From Dehalococcoidia bacterium (GTDB lineage: Bacteria; Chloroflexota; Dehalococcoidia; Lucifugimonadales; UBA3495), in NCBI GenBank assembly GCA_965237595.1, contig CBDEFY010000004.1, positions 415,414 to 479,413 of the forward strand: a stretch of 64,000 nucleotides of DNA, given 5' to 3'. The position numbers and the translations under genes are program-made. Positions 17,934-27,336 of the stretch are shown here, piece by piece. Under the pieces are notes generated by a model. The model worked only from the letters and a program-made list of their open reading frames with translations. It had not been told where the DNA came from and did not search any database. The stretch's first letter is position 1, and the number at the start of each line of letters is the position of its first letter.

Positions 17934-17982
17934 CAGCAATAGATAATACGCAACAGTTTTCGGATAGATTAGGAGGAGACCT

Positions 17983-19134
17983 ATGGCTACCCTAGCCGTG
18001 GAGGTGGTGTACCGGGGAATTTTTCAGAGGACTCTGGCCCGGAACATCGTCCGAAACATCGTTTTCGCCGCCCGCAAAGACGGCAAGATTGGCACGGCCT
18101 TTGGCCGCTACGGCGACTCTCCAGAGCGTAACGGCATCCCGGCCAAGCAGTTCGCCATCGTAGCCGATACGCCCCTGGAACTTGAGGAGAGCTTGGCCGT
18201 CTATGAGGCCAACGCCGTGGATGTCACCATCAACGTGGACGACACCATGTGCAAAGGCATCGAGTCCTGGGCCTGGTACGGTCTGCAACCCATCAACGAA
18301 CTGACCAAGCCGGGCGGCACCCTGATTGTGACCTCCCGCCAAGACGCCGACTCTCTGATCGAGGATATCCACCAGAAGGACACGCCATACAACCTGGCAA
18401 TCATCCCCAGCACGGTGAGTTTCTCCGGTCTCTGGGTCTACAAAGACGACCACACCGACATGCGGGCCCTGGGCGCTCTGTGCAAGGTCTGCCCCGAATT
18501 GGTCAGTCTTGAGGCCATGCTGGAGTCCATTAAGGAACAGACGGGCAGCGACGCCAAGGTATCCTCGGTCCAGCGGGCCCACGACCGGACCATCGGCCGC
18601 CCTGTGGAACCCGGCGAGGGCAACAGCGAGACCCCCTTCAGCTTCGACCTGCCCGGTTGGAAGTCCATGGAAGAGGGCTTGGTGATCCGCGGGATTGCGG
18701 CGGGGACCGGTTTCAGAGGCGGCGAAGAGGGCTACACCCCAGGCCGTAGCGAGGTATTCAAGAAGTGGAGCACCCGCTCCATGCGGCCGGTCATCAACTT
18801 CGACACTTGCATCAAGTGCACCCTTTGCTGGCTGCAATGTCCCGACACCTGTTTCGACGTGACCTCCGACGGGCTGTATGACGCCAACATGGAATCATGC
18901 TGCGGCTGCGGGGTCTGCGAGGCCGTTTGCCCCGTGCCCGACTGCGTTACCATGGTGAGCGAGGCCGAGTTCACCGGCAACGACAGCCAATGGGACGCTT
19001 GGACGGCCGACAAAGACGGCTATAACAAGTGGATGACGGTCCTGGTGGAAAAGCAGAAAGACGAGACCAGGACCCACGGTTTCCACCATGTCGGCGGGTA
19101 CGCTGACGATATCAACGCATTGGAGGAAGCCTAA
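17983..19134 (+). CDS. 2-oxoacid:ferredoxin oxidoreductase, fused gamma/delta subunit
   Basis: A gamma-type N-domain is followed by two 4Fe-4S ferredoxin motifs (CIKCTLCWLQCP and CCGCGVCEAVCP). AGGAGG lies upstream of the ATG. Confidence 0.8.
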   Translation: MATLAVEVVYRGIFQRTLARNIVRNIVFAARKDGKIGTAFGRYGDSPERNGIPAKQFAIVADTPLELEESLAVYEANAVDVTINVDDTMCKGIESWAWYGLQPINELTKPGGTLIVTSRQDADSLIEDIHQKDTPYNLAIIPSTVSFSGLWVYKDDHTDMRALGALCKVCPELVSLEAMLESIKEQTGSDAKVSSVQRAHDRTIGRPVEPGEGNSETPFSFDLPGWKSMEEGLVIRGIAAGTGFRGGEEGYTPGRSEVFKKWSTRSMRPVINFDTCIKCTLCWLQCPDTCFDVTSDGLYDANMESCCGCGVCEAVCPVPDCVTMVSEAEFTGNDSQWDAWTADKDGYNKWMTVLVEKQKDETRTHGFHHVGGYADDINALEEA

Positions 19135-20357
19135 TGGCCACCGTACAGGCGGCGCTCTTTCAAGGGTCCACCGAAGAGCTAATCAGCGGCAGTGAGGCAA
19201 TAGGCATCGCCTGCGCCCTCGCCGACGTCGACGTTATCACCGCATATCCCATCAGGCCCTACGACACGGTGATGCAATACGTGTCCCGTCTCAAGGCAGA
19301 CGGCGCCTTCGACTGCGATTTCATCGTCGCCGAGAGCGAGCATTCCCAGTTTGAGATAGTGAAGCATGCCTCCGCCGTTGGCGCCCGGACCTTCACCGGT
19401 TCCAGCGGGGTGGGCTGGTTCTACGCCTTCGAGGCCATCACCGTCACCGCCGGGCTCCGGATGCCCGTGGTGGCCATGGTGGGCAACCGGGCGCTGGACG
19501 ACCCCGGCGCCTTCGGCGTGGAGCACAACGATGCGATGGCGGTCCGCGACCTGGGCTGGCACCTCTACTGGGTAGCCACCGCTCAAGAGGCGTTGGATAT
19601 GGCGCTGATAGCATGGAAGGTGGCAGAGGACCCGAGGGTCTTGCTGCCCTTCGCCCTTAGCTGCGACGGGTCATTCCTCACCCACTCGCAGGCGATCGTG
19701 CAGGTGCCCGCCCAAGACCTAGTGAAAAAGTTCCTGCCCGATTACCAAAGGGGCACGCTGCAATTACACCCCGACAACCCGATCACCGTGGCCCCTCAGG
19801 TGAACGAGGACTGGCTCATGGAGATCCGAAAACAGACCGACGAAGCAATGCGCCGTACGTCCAGCGTGATTATCGAGGCCTATGAAGAGTTCAGAGAGAT
19901 GTTTGGCCGGGGCGACCCCAGCCCGTTCATCGAAGAATTTATGTGCGACGACGCGGAGATCATCCTGGTGGGAATGGGCACCCTTGCCATGCCAACCAGG
20001 GTGGCGGTCCGCCGAATGCGCGAAGCTGGCAAGAAGGTAGGGTTCCTCCGGATAAAATTCTTCCGGCCCTTCGCCACTGAAGAGATCCAGAAGGCACTGG
20101 GCGGAGCCAAGGCCGTGGCCGTCATCGACCGCGACTATTCCTACGGCTCCCCATCCTACGGCGGCGTCCTGTTCCATGAACTGCGATCGGCCCTCTACCC
20201 CCTGAACGATCGGCCCGTGATGTTGAACTTCATCGCCGGGCTGGGCGGACGAGAGGTCCAGGTTCGTGATATAGACGAGATGGTTGAAACAACCCAAAAA
20301 GCTATCGACACTGGTAAAATCGAACAAGAAACCACCTGGATAGCGGTAAGGGAGTAA
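19134..20357 (+). CDS. 2-oxoacid:ferredoxin oxidoreductase, alpha subunit
   Basis: Typical PorA/KorA-type N-terminus (ISGSEAIGIACALADVDVITAYPIRPY). The start overlaps the upstream stop (TAATG). Confidence 0.85.
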   Translation: MATVQAALFQGSTEELISGSEAIGIACALADVDVITAYPIRPYDTVMQYVSRLKADGAFDCDFIVAESEHSQFEIVKHASAVGARTFTGSSGVGWFYAFEAITVTAGLRMPVVAMVGNRALDDPGAFGVEHNDAMAVRDLGWHLYWVATAQEALDMALIAWKVAEDPRVLLPFALSCDGSFLTHSQAIVQVPAQDLVKKFLPDYQRGTLQLHPDNPITVAPQVNEDWLMEIRKQTDEAMRRTSSVIIEAYEEFREMFGRGDPSPFIEEFMCDDAEIILVGMGTLAMPTRVAVRRMREAGKKVGFLRIKFFRPFATEEIQKALGGAKAVAVIDRDYSYGSPSYGGVLFHELRSALYPLNDRPVMLNFIAGLGGREVQVRDIDEMVETTQKAIDTGKIEQETTWIAVRE

Positions 20358-20362
20358 GTGAA

Positions 20363-21355
20363 ATGGCTACCGTGCAAGAACTTCCCCAAGTAAAGGGAGT
20401 AAAGAATATCCCGTTGGAGGAGTTGTACTCCTCCGGTCACCGGACGTGCCAGGGCTGCGAATCGGCCCTGGTGATGCGGCTGATGATTAAGGCCGCCGGC
20501 CCCCGGACCATCGTGCTGGGCAGCACCGGCTGCATGTACGTGGCCAACACCACCTACTACAGCACGCCTTGGGTAGTGCCTTGGATGCACACCCAGCTTG
20601 GTTCCTCGGGCTCCGCAGCCACCGGCACCGCCGCGGGCCTCTCGTCCATGATGCGCAAGGGCAAGATGCAGCAGGAGCCCGTAAACGTCATCGCCTTCTG
20701 CGGCGACGGCGGTGGCATGGACATGGGGCTCTCCGCCATATCGGCGGCCCTGCAGCACGACGAGTACAACCTGCTGATTCTGTGCTACGACAACGAGTCC
20801 TACGCCAACACCGATATCCAGGCGTCCGGTAGTACTCCCTGGGGCGCCAACACCACGTTCAGCCCCCCCGGCAAAAAGACCCGGATCATGAACACCAGAT
20901 GGAAGAAGAACATGGCTCCCATGCTCGCCGTCGGCCATCCCGATGTCCGGTACGTGGCCACGGCCTGCGGGTCTTACGGGTTGGACTTCAACAACAAAAT
21001 CCGCCGCGCCCTTACCACTCCCGGTCCCGCCTTCATCCACAGCATCGACCCCTGCCCCAAGGGTTGGGACTACGACCCCAAATACTCCCACGAGTTGGGG
21101 ATGCTGGCCATCGAGGTTGGGCTGTGGGTCCAGTACGAGATAATCGACGGTGAGCTGACCCTCAACGGTCCCAGCCGGTCCATCGCCAAGGGAATCCGCC
21201 AGCGGAAGCCCGTGGAAGATTACCTGATGCGCCAGGGCCGCTTCGCTCACTTCACCCCGGAAGACATCAAACACTTCCAAGACAAGGTGGACGAGAGCTG
21301 GGAGAAGTGGTGGCTCCCCGGCGTCATCCCCATCTCCGCCGGCCAAGAAGAGTAG
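20363..21355 (+). CDS. 2-oxoacid:ferredoxin oxidoreductase, beta (TPP-binding) subunit
   Basis: CQGCESAL cluster ligands and the TPP motif GDGGGMDMG...N. Confidence 0.85.
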   Translation: MATVQELPQVKGVKNIPLEELYSSGHRTCQGCESALVMRLMIKAAGPRTIVLGSTGCMYVANTTYYSTPWVVPWMHTQLGSSGSAATGTAAGLSSMMRKGKMQQEPVNVIAFCGDGGGMDMGLSAISAALQHDEYNLLILCYDNESYANTDIQASGSTPWGANTTFSPPGKKTRIMNTRWKKNMAPMLAVGHPDVRYVATACGSYGLDFNNKIRRALTTPGPAFIHSIDPCPKGWDYDPKYSHELGMLAIEVGLWVQYEIIDGELTLNGPSRSIAKGIRQRKPVEDYLMRQGRFAHFTPEDIKHFQDKVDESWEKWWLPGVIPISAGQEE

Positions 21356-21400
21356 GGCCGCCGCGCGGCAAATACCTCCGGTCCCGAACAGGTAAAAGAA

Positions 21401-21432
21401 GGGCAGACTGAGTCTGCCCCTCTCGTTTGTTA
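21401..21432 (+). terminator. candidate intrinsic terminator after the OFOR operon
   Basis: GGGCAGAC (21401-21408), loop TGA, GTCTGCCC (21412-21419), then a T-rich tail ctctcgtttgtt. Confidence 0.5.
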
Positions 21433-21485
21433 GTTCTTTCCCCCAATTTGGGGAAAGTCATGATGGGTACAAACCGGGTGCATCG

Positions 21486-21791
21486 TCATTCCCTCTTCGC
21501 TAACTCCTTCACTTCTCTTTCCAACCGGTCTCCGAGCCGACCCTTCTCAATTTCCAGGTCATATCGGATTTGCAGGTTCATCCAGAACCGCTCGGAGGTG
21601 CCGAAATACCGGGATAGGCGAAGGGCCGTATCGGCGGTAACCGCCCGGTTGCCGTGGACGATCTGGTTGATGCGCCGGGGATGAACGCCGATGTCTTTGG
21701 ACAAGCGGTACTGAGTGATGGACAGCGGGTTCATGAATTCTTCCAACAATATCTCGCCGGGATGGACCGGCGCCAATCTCTCCGAGGTCAT
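21486..21791 (-). CDS. higA: HigA-family antitoxin (XRE-type HTH)
   Basis: PVHPGEILLEEFMNPLSITQYRLSKDIGVHPRRINQIVHGNRAVTADTALRLSRYFGTSERFWMNLQ is the canonical HigA pattern. Confidence 0.85.
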   Translation of the reverse strand: MTSERLAPVHPGEILLEEFMNPLSITQYRLSKDIGVHPRRINQIVHGNRAVTADTALRLSRYFGTSERFWMNLQIRYDLEIEKGRLGDRLEREVKELAKRE

Positions 21792-21800
21792 GTCCGTCTC

Positions 21801-21857
21801 CTAGTGATAATCGGTAATCTCCACACCATCAACATCGCCATACGCTATTAACGTCAA
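21801..21857 (-). pseudogene. 3' stub of a HigB-type toxin gene
   Basis: Directly upstream of higA, the minus strand reads (stop)RLTLIAYGDVDGVEITDYH(stop). ...DVEI.DYH is the usual HigB C-terminus. Only about 18 codons remain, preceded by an in-frame TAA. Confidence 0.45.
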
Positions 21858-22040
21858 GCGTTACTATACGGCGGAAAAACATTCATAATCCCGCCCACAC
21901 TTGCCACCATCGGCAGTTCGGGTTAGAGTATGTCCGATTTTGGCCTCACTGAGGTATCTCTTTCTGTGATGGGACGCGTTGGGCCGGCCTCCGGGCCGGG
22001 TGAGGGCTCTGTATCCACTCACACCACTTAGGAGGACCCG

Positions 22041-23138
22041 ATGGCAAACGACCCCATTAACCTTTATGACTATGAAGCCCGGGCCAAGCAGAGCTTGCCC
22101 CACGACAGCTGGGACTTTATCGACGCCGGCGCCATGGACGAGTTCACCACCCAGCGCAACCGGAGCGCCTTCGACCAATTGACCCTGCGCCCCCGGTTCA
22201 TGCGCAGTGTCGAGGAACGGAAGATTGCCACCACCATGCTGGGGCAAGATCTCAGTTTGCCGGTCTTTGTCTGTCCCGCCGGCAGCCATGGAATCGCCCA
22301 TCCAGACGCCGAGGTAGCCACTGCCAAGGCGGCCGGCAGATCAAACACCCTGATGATGCTCAGCACTTCATCCAATTGCAGCATGGAAGAGGTGGCCGAA
22401 GCCGCCACCGGACCGCTTTGGTTCCAGCTTTACCACCGAGGTACCGCCCTGACCGAGATGCTGGTCCGCCGGGCCGAGGCAGCGGGGTTCAAAGCCATTG
22501 TGCTGACCATCGACACCCCGGTGCCCAGTCCCAAGGAGCGGGACTTGCGCAACAGGTTCGAACGTAGACTGGAGTTGGGCAACTTCCGGGACCTGAACCT
22601 TCCCCGCTCGGAGATTAGCGGCACCGACGAGACTCCCGGCTGGGACGTTTCCCGGGCCGACCCCATTACCTGGAATGACCTGGAATGGCTCCGTGGCCTG
22701 ACCTCGCTGCCCCTCGTGCTGAAGGGAGTCCGGGTCTCCGAAGATGCCCACATCGCGGCGGAAAGCGGTGTTGAAGGCATCTTGGTGTCCACCCATGGCG
22801 GGCGGCAGTTGGACCAGACCATGGGCGCCATCGAGATGGTGCCGGAGATAGTCGAGGCGGTGAAGGGTAACTCCGAGGTATACGTGGACTCAGGGGTCCG
22901 CCGCGGCAGCGATGTCATCAAGGCCCTGGCGTTGGGCGCAAAGGCTGTTGGCATCGGCCGGCCCCTATTCTGGGGTCTGGCGACCGAGGGTTCCGACGGC
23001 GTCCACAATGTTTTGGAGTTACTGCGGGAAGAGGTCGGCCGGGCCATGGACTTCTGCGGTCAGAGCGACGTGAGCAACCTCGAGTCGGCCCTGATCAATA
23101 TTCCCAACAACTGGGGGCCGGGCTCCAAGGCACCGTAG
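22041..23138 (+). CDS. FMN-dependent alpha-hydroxy-acid dehydrogenase/oxidase (lactate/glycolate oxidase family)
   Basis: 365 aa, with LVLKGV, STHGGRQLD and VDSGVRRGSDVIKALALGA motifs of the family. AGGAGG RBS. Confidence 0.85.
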   Translation: MANDPINLYDYEARAKQSLPHDSWDFIDAGAMDEFTTQRNRSAFDQLTLRPRFMRSVEERKIATTMLGQDLSLPVFVCPAGSHGIAHPDAEVATAKAAGRSNTLMMLSTSSNCSMEEVAEAATGPLWFQLYHRGTALTEMLVRRAEAAGFKAIVLTIDTPVPSPKERDLRNRFERRLELGNFRDLNLPRSEISGTDETPGWDVSRADPITWNDLEWLRGLTSLPLVLKGVRVSEDAHIAAESGVEGILVSTHGGRQLDQTMGAIEMVPEIVEAVKGNSEVYVDSGVRRGSDVIKALALGAKAVGIGRPLFWGLATEGSDGVHNVLELLREEVGRAMDFCGQSDVSNLESALINIPNNWGPGSKAP

Positions 23139-23154
23139 ATACCTGAACACGTGT

Positions 23155-23203
23155 CGTTCGTGGCGTAGGGGCACGGCAATGCCGTGCCCCTACGCCACGA
23201 ACG
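23155..23203. repeat. REP-like palindrome, family A copy 1 (49-nt perfect palindrome)
   Basis: The core GTAGGGGCACGGCAATGCCGTGCCCCTAC (23165-23193) is extended by CGTTCGTGGC / GCCACGAACG. Located between convergent genes. Confidence 0.9.
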
Positions 23204-23253
23204 GTTGGCAACGCAAATTATCGGTTGGTAACGCGGATTATCGATGGGAAGTC

Positions 23254-24075
23254 CTAGTCCGCGGCGGCCGCCGCTGCGCTGCCGGACCGCACTCTGGCGA
23301 ACAACTCGGACAGCAGCTTGTTGAACACTGACGCCTGTTCGAAGTGGGCCGAGTGGGCGGCGCCGGGCACCACCTCCATGCGGGAGCCGGGAATCACCTT
23401 TTGCACCTCGGCGATGACCTCGGGCGGGAAGATGGCGTCTTCTTTGCCGACAATCAACAGAGTGGGTATCCGCCAACCGGCGAAGGCCTCGGCCTGGGGA
23501 CCGTCCTCGCGTCGGAAGCCGGAGATGACCCCGTCCTCCCCCCGGGGCGGGTTCAGCCCGCCGATCTGCTGGTAGAGGAAGGTGAGGGCGGGGTTCTCTT
23601 TGATGAAACCGGCTGAAAGCGATCGCGCTGGCCCCTCGGGCGGCGGGTTGGTGTTCTTGAGGGCTGCCAAAACGCCTTCGGTGGCTACTCCGCCGGTGGT
23701 GTCGCCCAAGACTAATCCCAGGGTCCGCTCCGGGTGGGCCAGTGCGAATCCCAGGCAGCTAAACCCACCCATGGACTGGGCCACCAAGATCGCCTTGTCA
23801 ATCCTCAGGTAGTCAAGCAGTGCGGTCAGGTCATCGATGAAGTTCTCCCGCAGGGGCGAGCCGTGCTCGGCGCCAGTCGTTCCCCGTACAATAGAAGCTC
23901 CCCAGCCCCGGTGGTCGAAGGTGATGCAACGATACTCGGCGGAGAAGGCGGCGACCTGCTGCCACCAGCTCATTTGGTTGCCACCGCGCCCGTGGGCGAA
24001 GACTATCGCCGGGGCAGAGTCGTCCCCGTGGGACTCGTAGTAAAGGTCGATTCCGTTTATCGGTGCTTTGGGCAC
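23254..24075 (-). CDS. alpha/beta-fold hydrolase
   Basis: HG oxyanion motif (IVFAHGRGGN), nucleophile elbow AQSMGG, and a C-terminal His (GAAHSAHFE). Confidence 0.8.
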   Translation of the reverse strand: MPKAPINGIDLYYESHGDDSAPAIVFAHGRGGNQMSWWQQVAAFSAEYRCITFDHRGWGASIVRGTTGAEHGSPLRENFIDDLTALLDYLRIDKAILVAQSMGGFSCLGFALAHPERTLGLVLGDTTGGVATEGVLAALKNTNPPPEGPARSLSAGFIKENPALTFLYQQIGGLNPPRGEDGVISGFRREDGPQAEAFAGWRIPTLLIVGKEDAIFPPEVIAEVQKVIPGSRMEVVPGAAHSAHFEQASVFNKLLSELFARVRSGSAAAAAAD

Positions 24076-24308
24076 GGTGGGCCTCCGTTAGCTTCGGATT
24101 CATAAAGGATTGCCGAGGGGTTTGATCTGACGCCAAGTATACCCCATGACATAAGTTAGGGCCTTTTGGCCTATCTTGCCGGGGCCTTTTGGCCCTGCTG
24201 CCATTTGCGGATTCGGGGAGAGAATGACATTGTCTTGGAGTGCCCAGGCGGCGGGCTGGCGTCAACATACCATGGCGGGCCCGCCGAGCCTGGGAAGGAG
24301 GCGGCGGT

Positions 24309-24530
24309 ATGACTACTACCACGTTGCCTGAACGAGTCATTCAGGCCGAAACTGAGGTCCGTCAGGTTCCCAAGTATCTCCTCAAAGAATTGGAGGAGAT
24401 TGTTGAACACTCGGAAGCGGAGCCAGGGTTGGTGCACTGGTATCACTTCGTCCCCTGCGCTGGTGTCCGCTACTACACTTACCACGCCGCTCCATCGCCG
24501 GTGGAGTCGTTAGCGGGGCGGAAGAGCTAA
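24309..24530 (+). CDS. hypothetical small protein (73 aa)
   Basis: GGAGG lies 8 nt upstream of ATG 24309. No recognisable domain. Confidence 0.4.
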   Translation: MTTTTLPERVIQAETEVRQVPKYLLKELEEIVEHSEAEPGLVHWYHFVPCAGVRYYTYHAAPSPVESLAGRKS

Positions 24531-24684
24531 CCCTTCCGCCTCCAATCAGAATATGCCAACCGGCCATCACCCGAATCTGGCGGGACCGGTCACAACAGAT
24601 ATACGAAATCACCTGCCGCCCGGCCCGGCAATTTAGGCAGTGGTTGGACCTTGATGTTTCTCAGAAAACTTTTGGAGGCGGATC

Positions 24685-25005
24685 ATGTTATTCGAAACAG
24701 CCATGATGAAGCGGTGGATGGGGATAAAGAGCCCCGAAGGCATTACAGCCTCGATGAAGGTCATGATGCCCATCATGTCTAGAAAAATGGGACCGGGCGG
24801 AATGGCCGACCTTATGCCGGACATGATGGAGGGTTCCTTTGAGCAGATGCGGCCGGAAGATATGGAACGGATGATGCACGATGCAATGCCCAAGATGATG
24901 GAGACATGTTTCTCCAGAATGGAGGATGAGCAGCGCCGCGGTATGCTGTCCATGTGCCGGCAGGCCCTTGACCAAATAGAGGAAAAATTCTTGGAAACCG
25001 CCTAG
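24685..25005 (+). CDS. methionine-rich small protein (23 Met in 106 aa), function unknown
   Basis: GGAGG (24674-24678) lies 6 nt before the ATG. Repeated MMP/MP.MM motifs (MMPIM, MPDMMEG, MPKMMETC). Two Cys and no signal peptide. Confidence 0.6.
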   Translation: MLFETAMMKRWMGIKSPEGITASMKVMMPIMSRKMGPGGMADLMPDMMEGSFEQMRPEDMERMMHDAMPKMMETCFSRMEDEQRRGMLSMCRQALDQIEEKFLETA

Positions 25006-25033
25006 TCCGTGAAACGGATGGCAGGATAGCCCG

Positions 25034-25690
25034 TTACACCGGCCACTGTTGACGGTGGTAGGCGGCGTCCCAGAACATGTACTCGTAGCGGCTGCTGGTC
25101 ATGAACGCTTGGCGCATGGCCTCCAGTTCTGTGGGCCCGGCATCAGCGGCCATCTGGTCCACAAAACCCCGCCACGCATCAACACTGCCCTCCAGGAAGC
25201 CTTCGACGTAGAACCGGGTCCATTGTCCGTAGAGTGGGTGCTCCGACTGTCCCACCTCATCCTTCAGTAAATGGTAGGTCCAGGGACAGGGCAGCAGCGC
25301 GGCGGCGGTGGGACCAAGGCCGTGCAGCGATGCCGTCTGCAGCATGTGGTCCACATAGGCCGTGTTGATTGGCGAGCGCACCGCGTTCTCGGCGTCGGCC
25401 AGGGTTAGCCCGGCCTCGGCCAGCAGCTTGTGGTGCAGCGGCCGCTCCACCGGAGTCATGACCCGCTGCGCGAGGTCTTCAAAGGTCTGAGAGTCGGGCG
25501 CTTTGGCCAATGCCATGGCCACCGTCCGTCCGAACCCCTCCAGGTACAGATAGTCCTGAGCCAGGTAGTAGCGGAAGGTTTCCAAGGGCAGCGTTCCGTC
25601 CTTAATCTCTTTGAGGAAGGGGTGGTCGAAGATCCGCCGCCAGATGGGCTCGGCCTCATTTCTCAGTTGTTCGCTGAAACTGGGCATCAA
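25034..25690 (-). CDS. tenA: TenA-family aminopyrimidine aminohydrolase (thiaminase II-like)
   Basis: HPFLKEIKDGTLPLETFRYYLAQDYLYLEGF is the TenA/PqqC-fold signature. Overlaps the upstream acyl-CoA synthetase stop by 4 nt. Confidence 0.75.
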   Translation of the reverse strand: MMPSFSEQLRNEAEPIWRRIFDHPFLKEIKDGTLPLETFRYYLAQDYLYLEGFGRTVAMALAKAPDSQTFEDLAQRVMTPVERPLHHKLLAEAGLTLADAENAVRSPINTAYVDHMLQTASLHGLGPTAAALLPCPWTYHLLKDEVGQSEHPLYGQWTRFYVEGFLEGSVDAWRGFVDQMAADAGPTELEAMRQAFMTSSRYEYMFWDAAYHRQQWPV

Positions 25691-27336
25691 TTTCCCGCCC
25701 GCTCCAATTCCCGCTCACGCAGTTCCACCCGGCGTATCTTGCCGCTGACGGTCTTGGGTAGCTCGGTGACGAACTCCACTGCCCGGGGGTATTTGTAGGG
25801 CGCGGTGGCGCTCTTGACATGGTCTTGCAGACTGACGACCAACTCATCGGACGGCACGTAGTCGGGGGCCAGTATCACGAAGGCTTTGACGATGTCGCCC
25901 CGCACTGGGTCGGGACTGGCCACCACGGCCGACTCGGCCACGGCGGGGTGCTCAATCAGGGCGCTTTCCACCTCGAAAGGGCCTATGCGGTAGCCGGCGG
26001 ATATGATTACATCGTCGGCGCGGCCCACGAACCAGAAATAGCCGTCTTCGTCCTTGTAGGCCTTGTCGCCGGTCAGGTACCAGTCGCCGAGGAAAGACCG
26101 CTCCATGGCCTCTTGGTCCTTCCAGTATTCCTGGAACAGCCCGACGGGACGTTCGGGCTTAATCTTCACTGCTATCTGACCCTCTTCCCCGGCGGGCACC
26201 TCGTTGCCCTGCTCATCAACCACTCCGATAGTGAAGCCTGGCGCGGGCAAACCCATGGACCCCGGCCGGACCTCGTTGCAGCGGAAGTTGGCCACTAATA
26301 TCACCGTCTCGGTCTGGCCGTAGCCGTCGTAAATCACCAAGCCGGTGCCGTCTTCCCACTGCTTCATTACCTCGGGGTTCAGGGGCTCTCCGGCCCCGGT
26401 GCAGTGGCGCAGGTTGTCCAGGTTGTACTTGGTCAGGTCCTCCAGCACCAGCATGCGGTAGGCGGTGGGCGGAGCGCAGAACGAGGTTACGCCGTGCTTC
26501 TCCAGTAGCCCCAGCGTCAACTGAGCATCGAAGCGGCCCCGGGCGTCGTGCTGCATCACCGCCGCGCCCAGGGTCCATTGGCCGAACAGCTTGCCGTAAG
26601 CGGCCTTGGCCCATCCGGTGTCGGACAGGGTCCACATCAGGTCGGTGTCTTTCAGGTCGTGCCAGTACTTGGCGGAGATTATGTGGCCGATGGCGTAGGA
26701 AGCCTGAGTGTGGAGCACCATCTTGGGGTAGCCCACCGTTCCGGACGTGAAGTAAATCAGCAACGGGTCGTCGCTGCGAGTCCGCTCGACGTCCTCCAGC
26801 ACCGGCGAGGCCCCCGCCATCTCCTGTTCGTAGGACAGCCAACCACGTTTTTCCCCATTGACCACCATCAAATGCTTCAGGGTTGGGCAGCCGCCGCCGG
26901 CTTCCTCAACCTTGGCGGCATTCTCGTCGTCGGTGATGGACATCACGGCCTCGGCGGTGTTGATCCGGTACTCGATGTCCTTGGGGGTGAGCAGGGTGGT
27001 GCCGGGCATCGGCAAGGCACCCAGCTTCATCAGGCCCAGCATGGCCACGTACCACTCGGGGACCCGGGGCATCATGATGAACACCCGGTCGCCTTTCTGG
27101 ATGCCTCGGTCGCGGAGGGCGTTGGCGAACCTGTTGGAAAGGACTTTCAGGTCCCAAAAAGTATGGTGTTGAACGTTTTCTCCACTGGAGTCCACCGAGA
27201 TCAGGGCCAGCTTGGTGCGGTCCTCGGCCCATTTGTCTACCACGTCGAACCCAAAGTTGAAATACTCGGGGACTTCCAACCGGTCGTTTTGGTAGGCCGT
27301 TTCGTAATCTGGCATGTTGGGAGCAACGTCTTTCAT
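25687..27336 (-). CDS. AMP-forming acyl-CoA synthetase (medium-chain type)
   Basis: AMP-binding motifs YFTSGTVGYPK, GYGQTE, TGD and the C-terminal SGKIRR. Start set at ATG 27336; the track ORF begins at 27408. Confidence 0.85.
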   Translation of the reverse strand: MKDVAPNMPDYETAYQNDRLEVPEYFNFGFDVVDKWAEDRTKLALISVDSSGENVQHHTFWDLKVLSNRFANALRDRGIQKGDRVFIMMPRVPEWYVAMLGLMKLGALPMPGTTLLTPKDIEYRINTAEAVMSITDDENAAKVEEAGGGCPTLKHLMVVNGEKRGWLSYEQEMAGASPVLEDVERTRSDDPLLIYFTSGTVGYPKMVLHTQASYAIGHIISAKYWHDLKDTDLMWTLSDTGWAKAAYGKLFGQWTLGAAVMQHDARGRFDAQLTLGLLEKHGVTSFCAPPTAYRMLVLEDLTKYNLDNLRHCTGAGEPLNPEVMKQWEDGTGLVIYDGYGQTETVILVANFRCNEVRPGSMGLPAPGFTIGVVDEQGNEVPAGEEGQIAVKIKPERPVGLFQEYWKDQEAMERSFLGDWYLTGDKAYKDEDGYFWFVGRADDVIISAGYRIGPFEVESALIEHPAVAESAVVASPDPVRGDIVKAFVILAPDYVPSDELVVSLQDHVKSATAPYKYPRAVEFVTELPKTVSGKIRRVELRERELERAGN

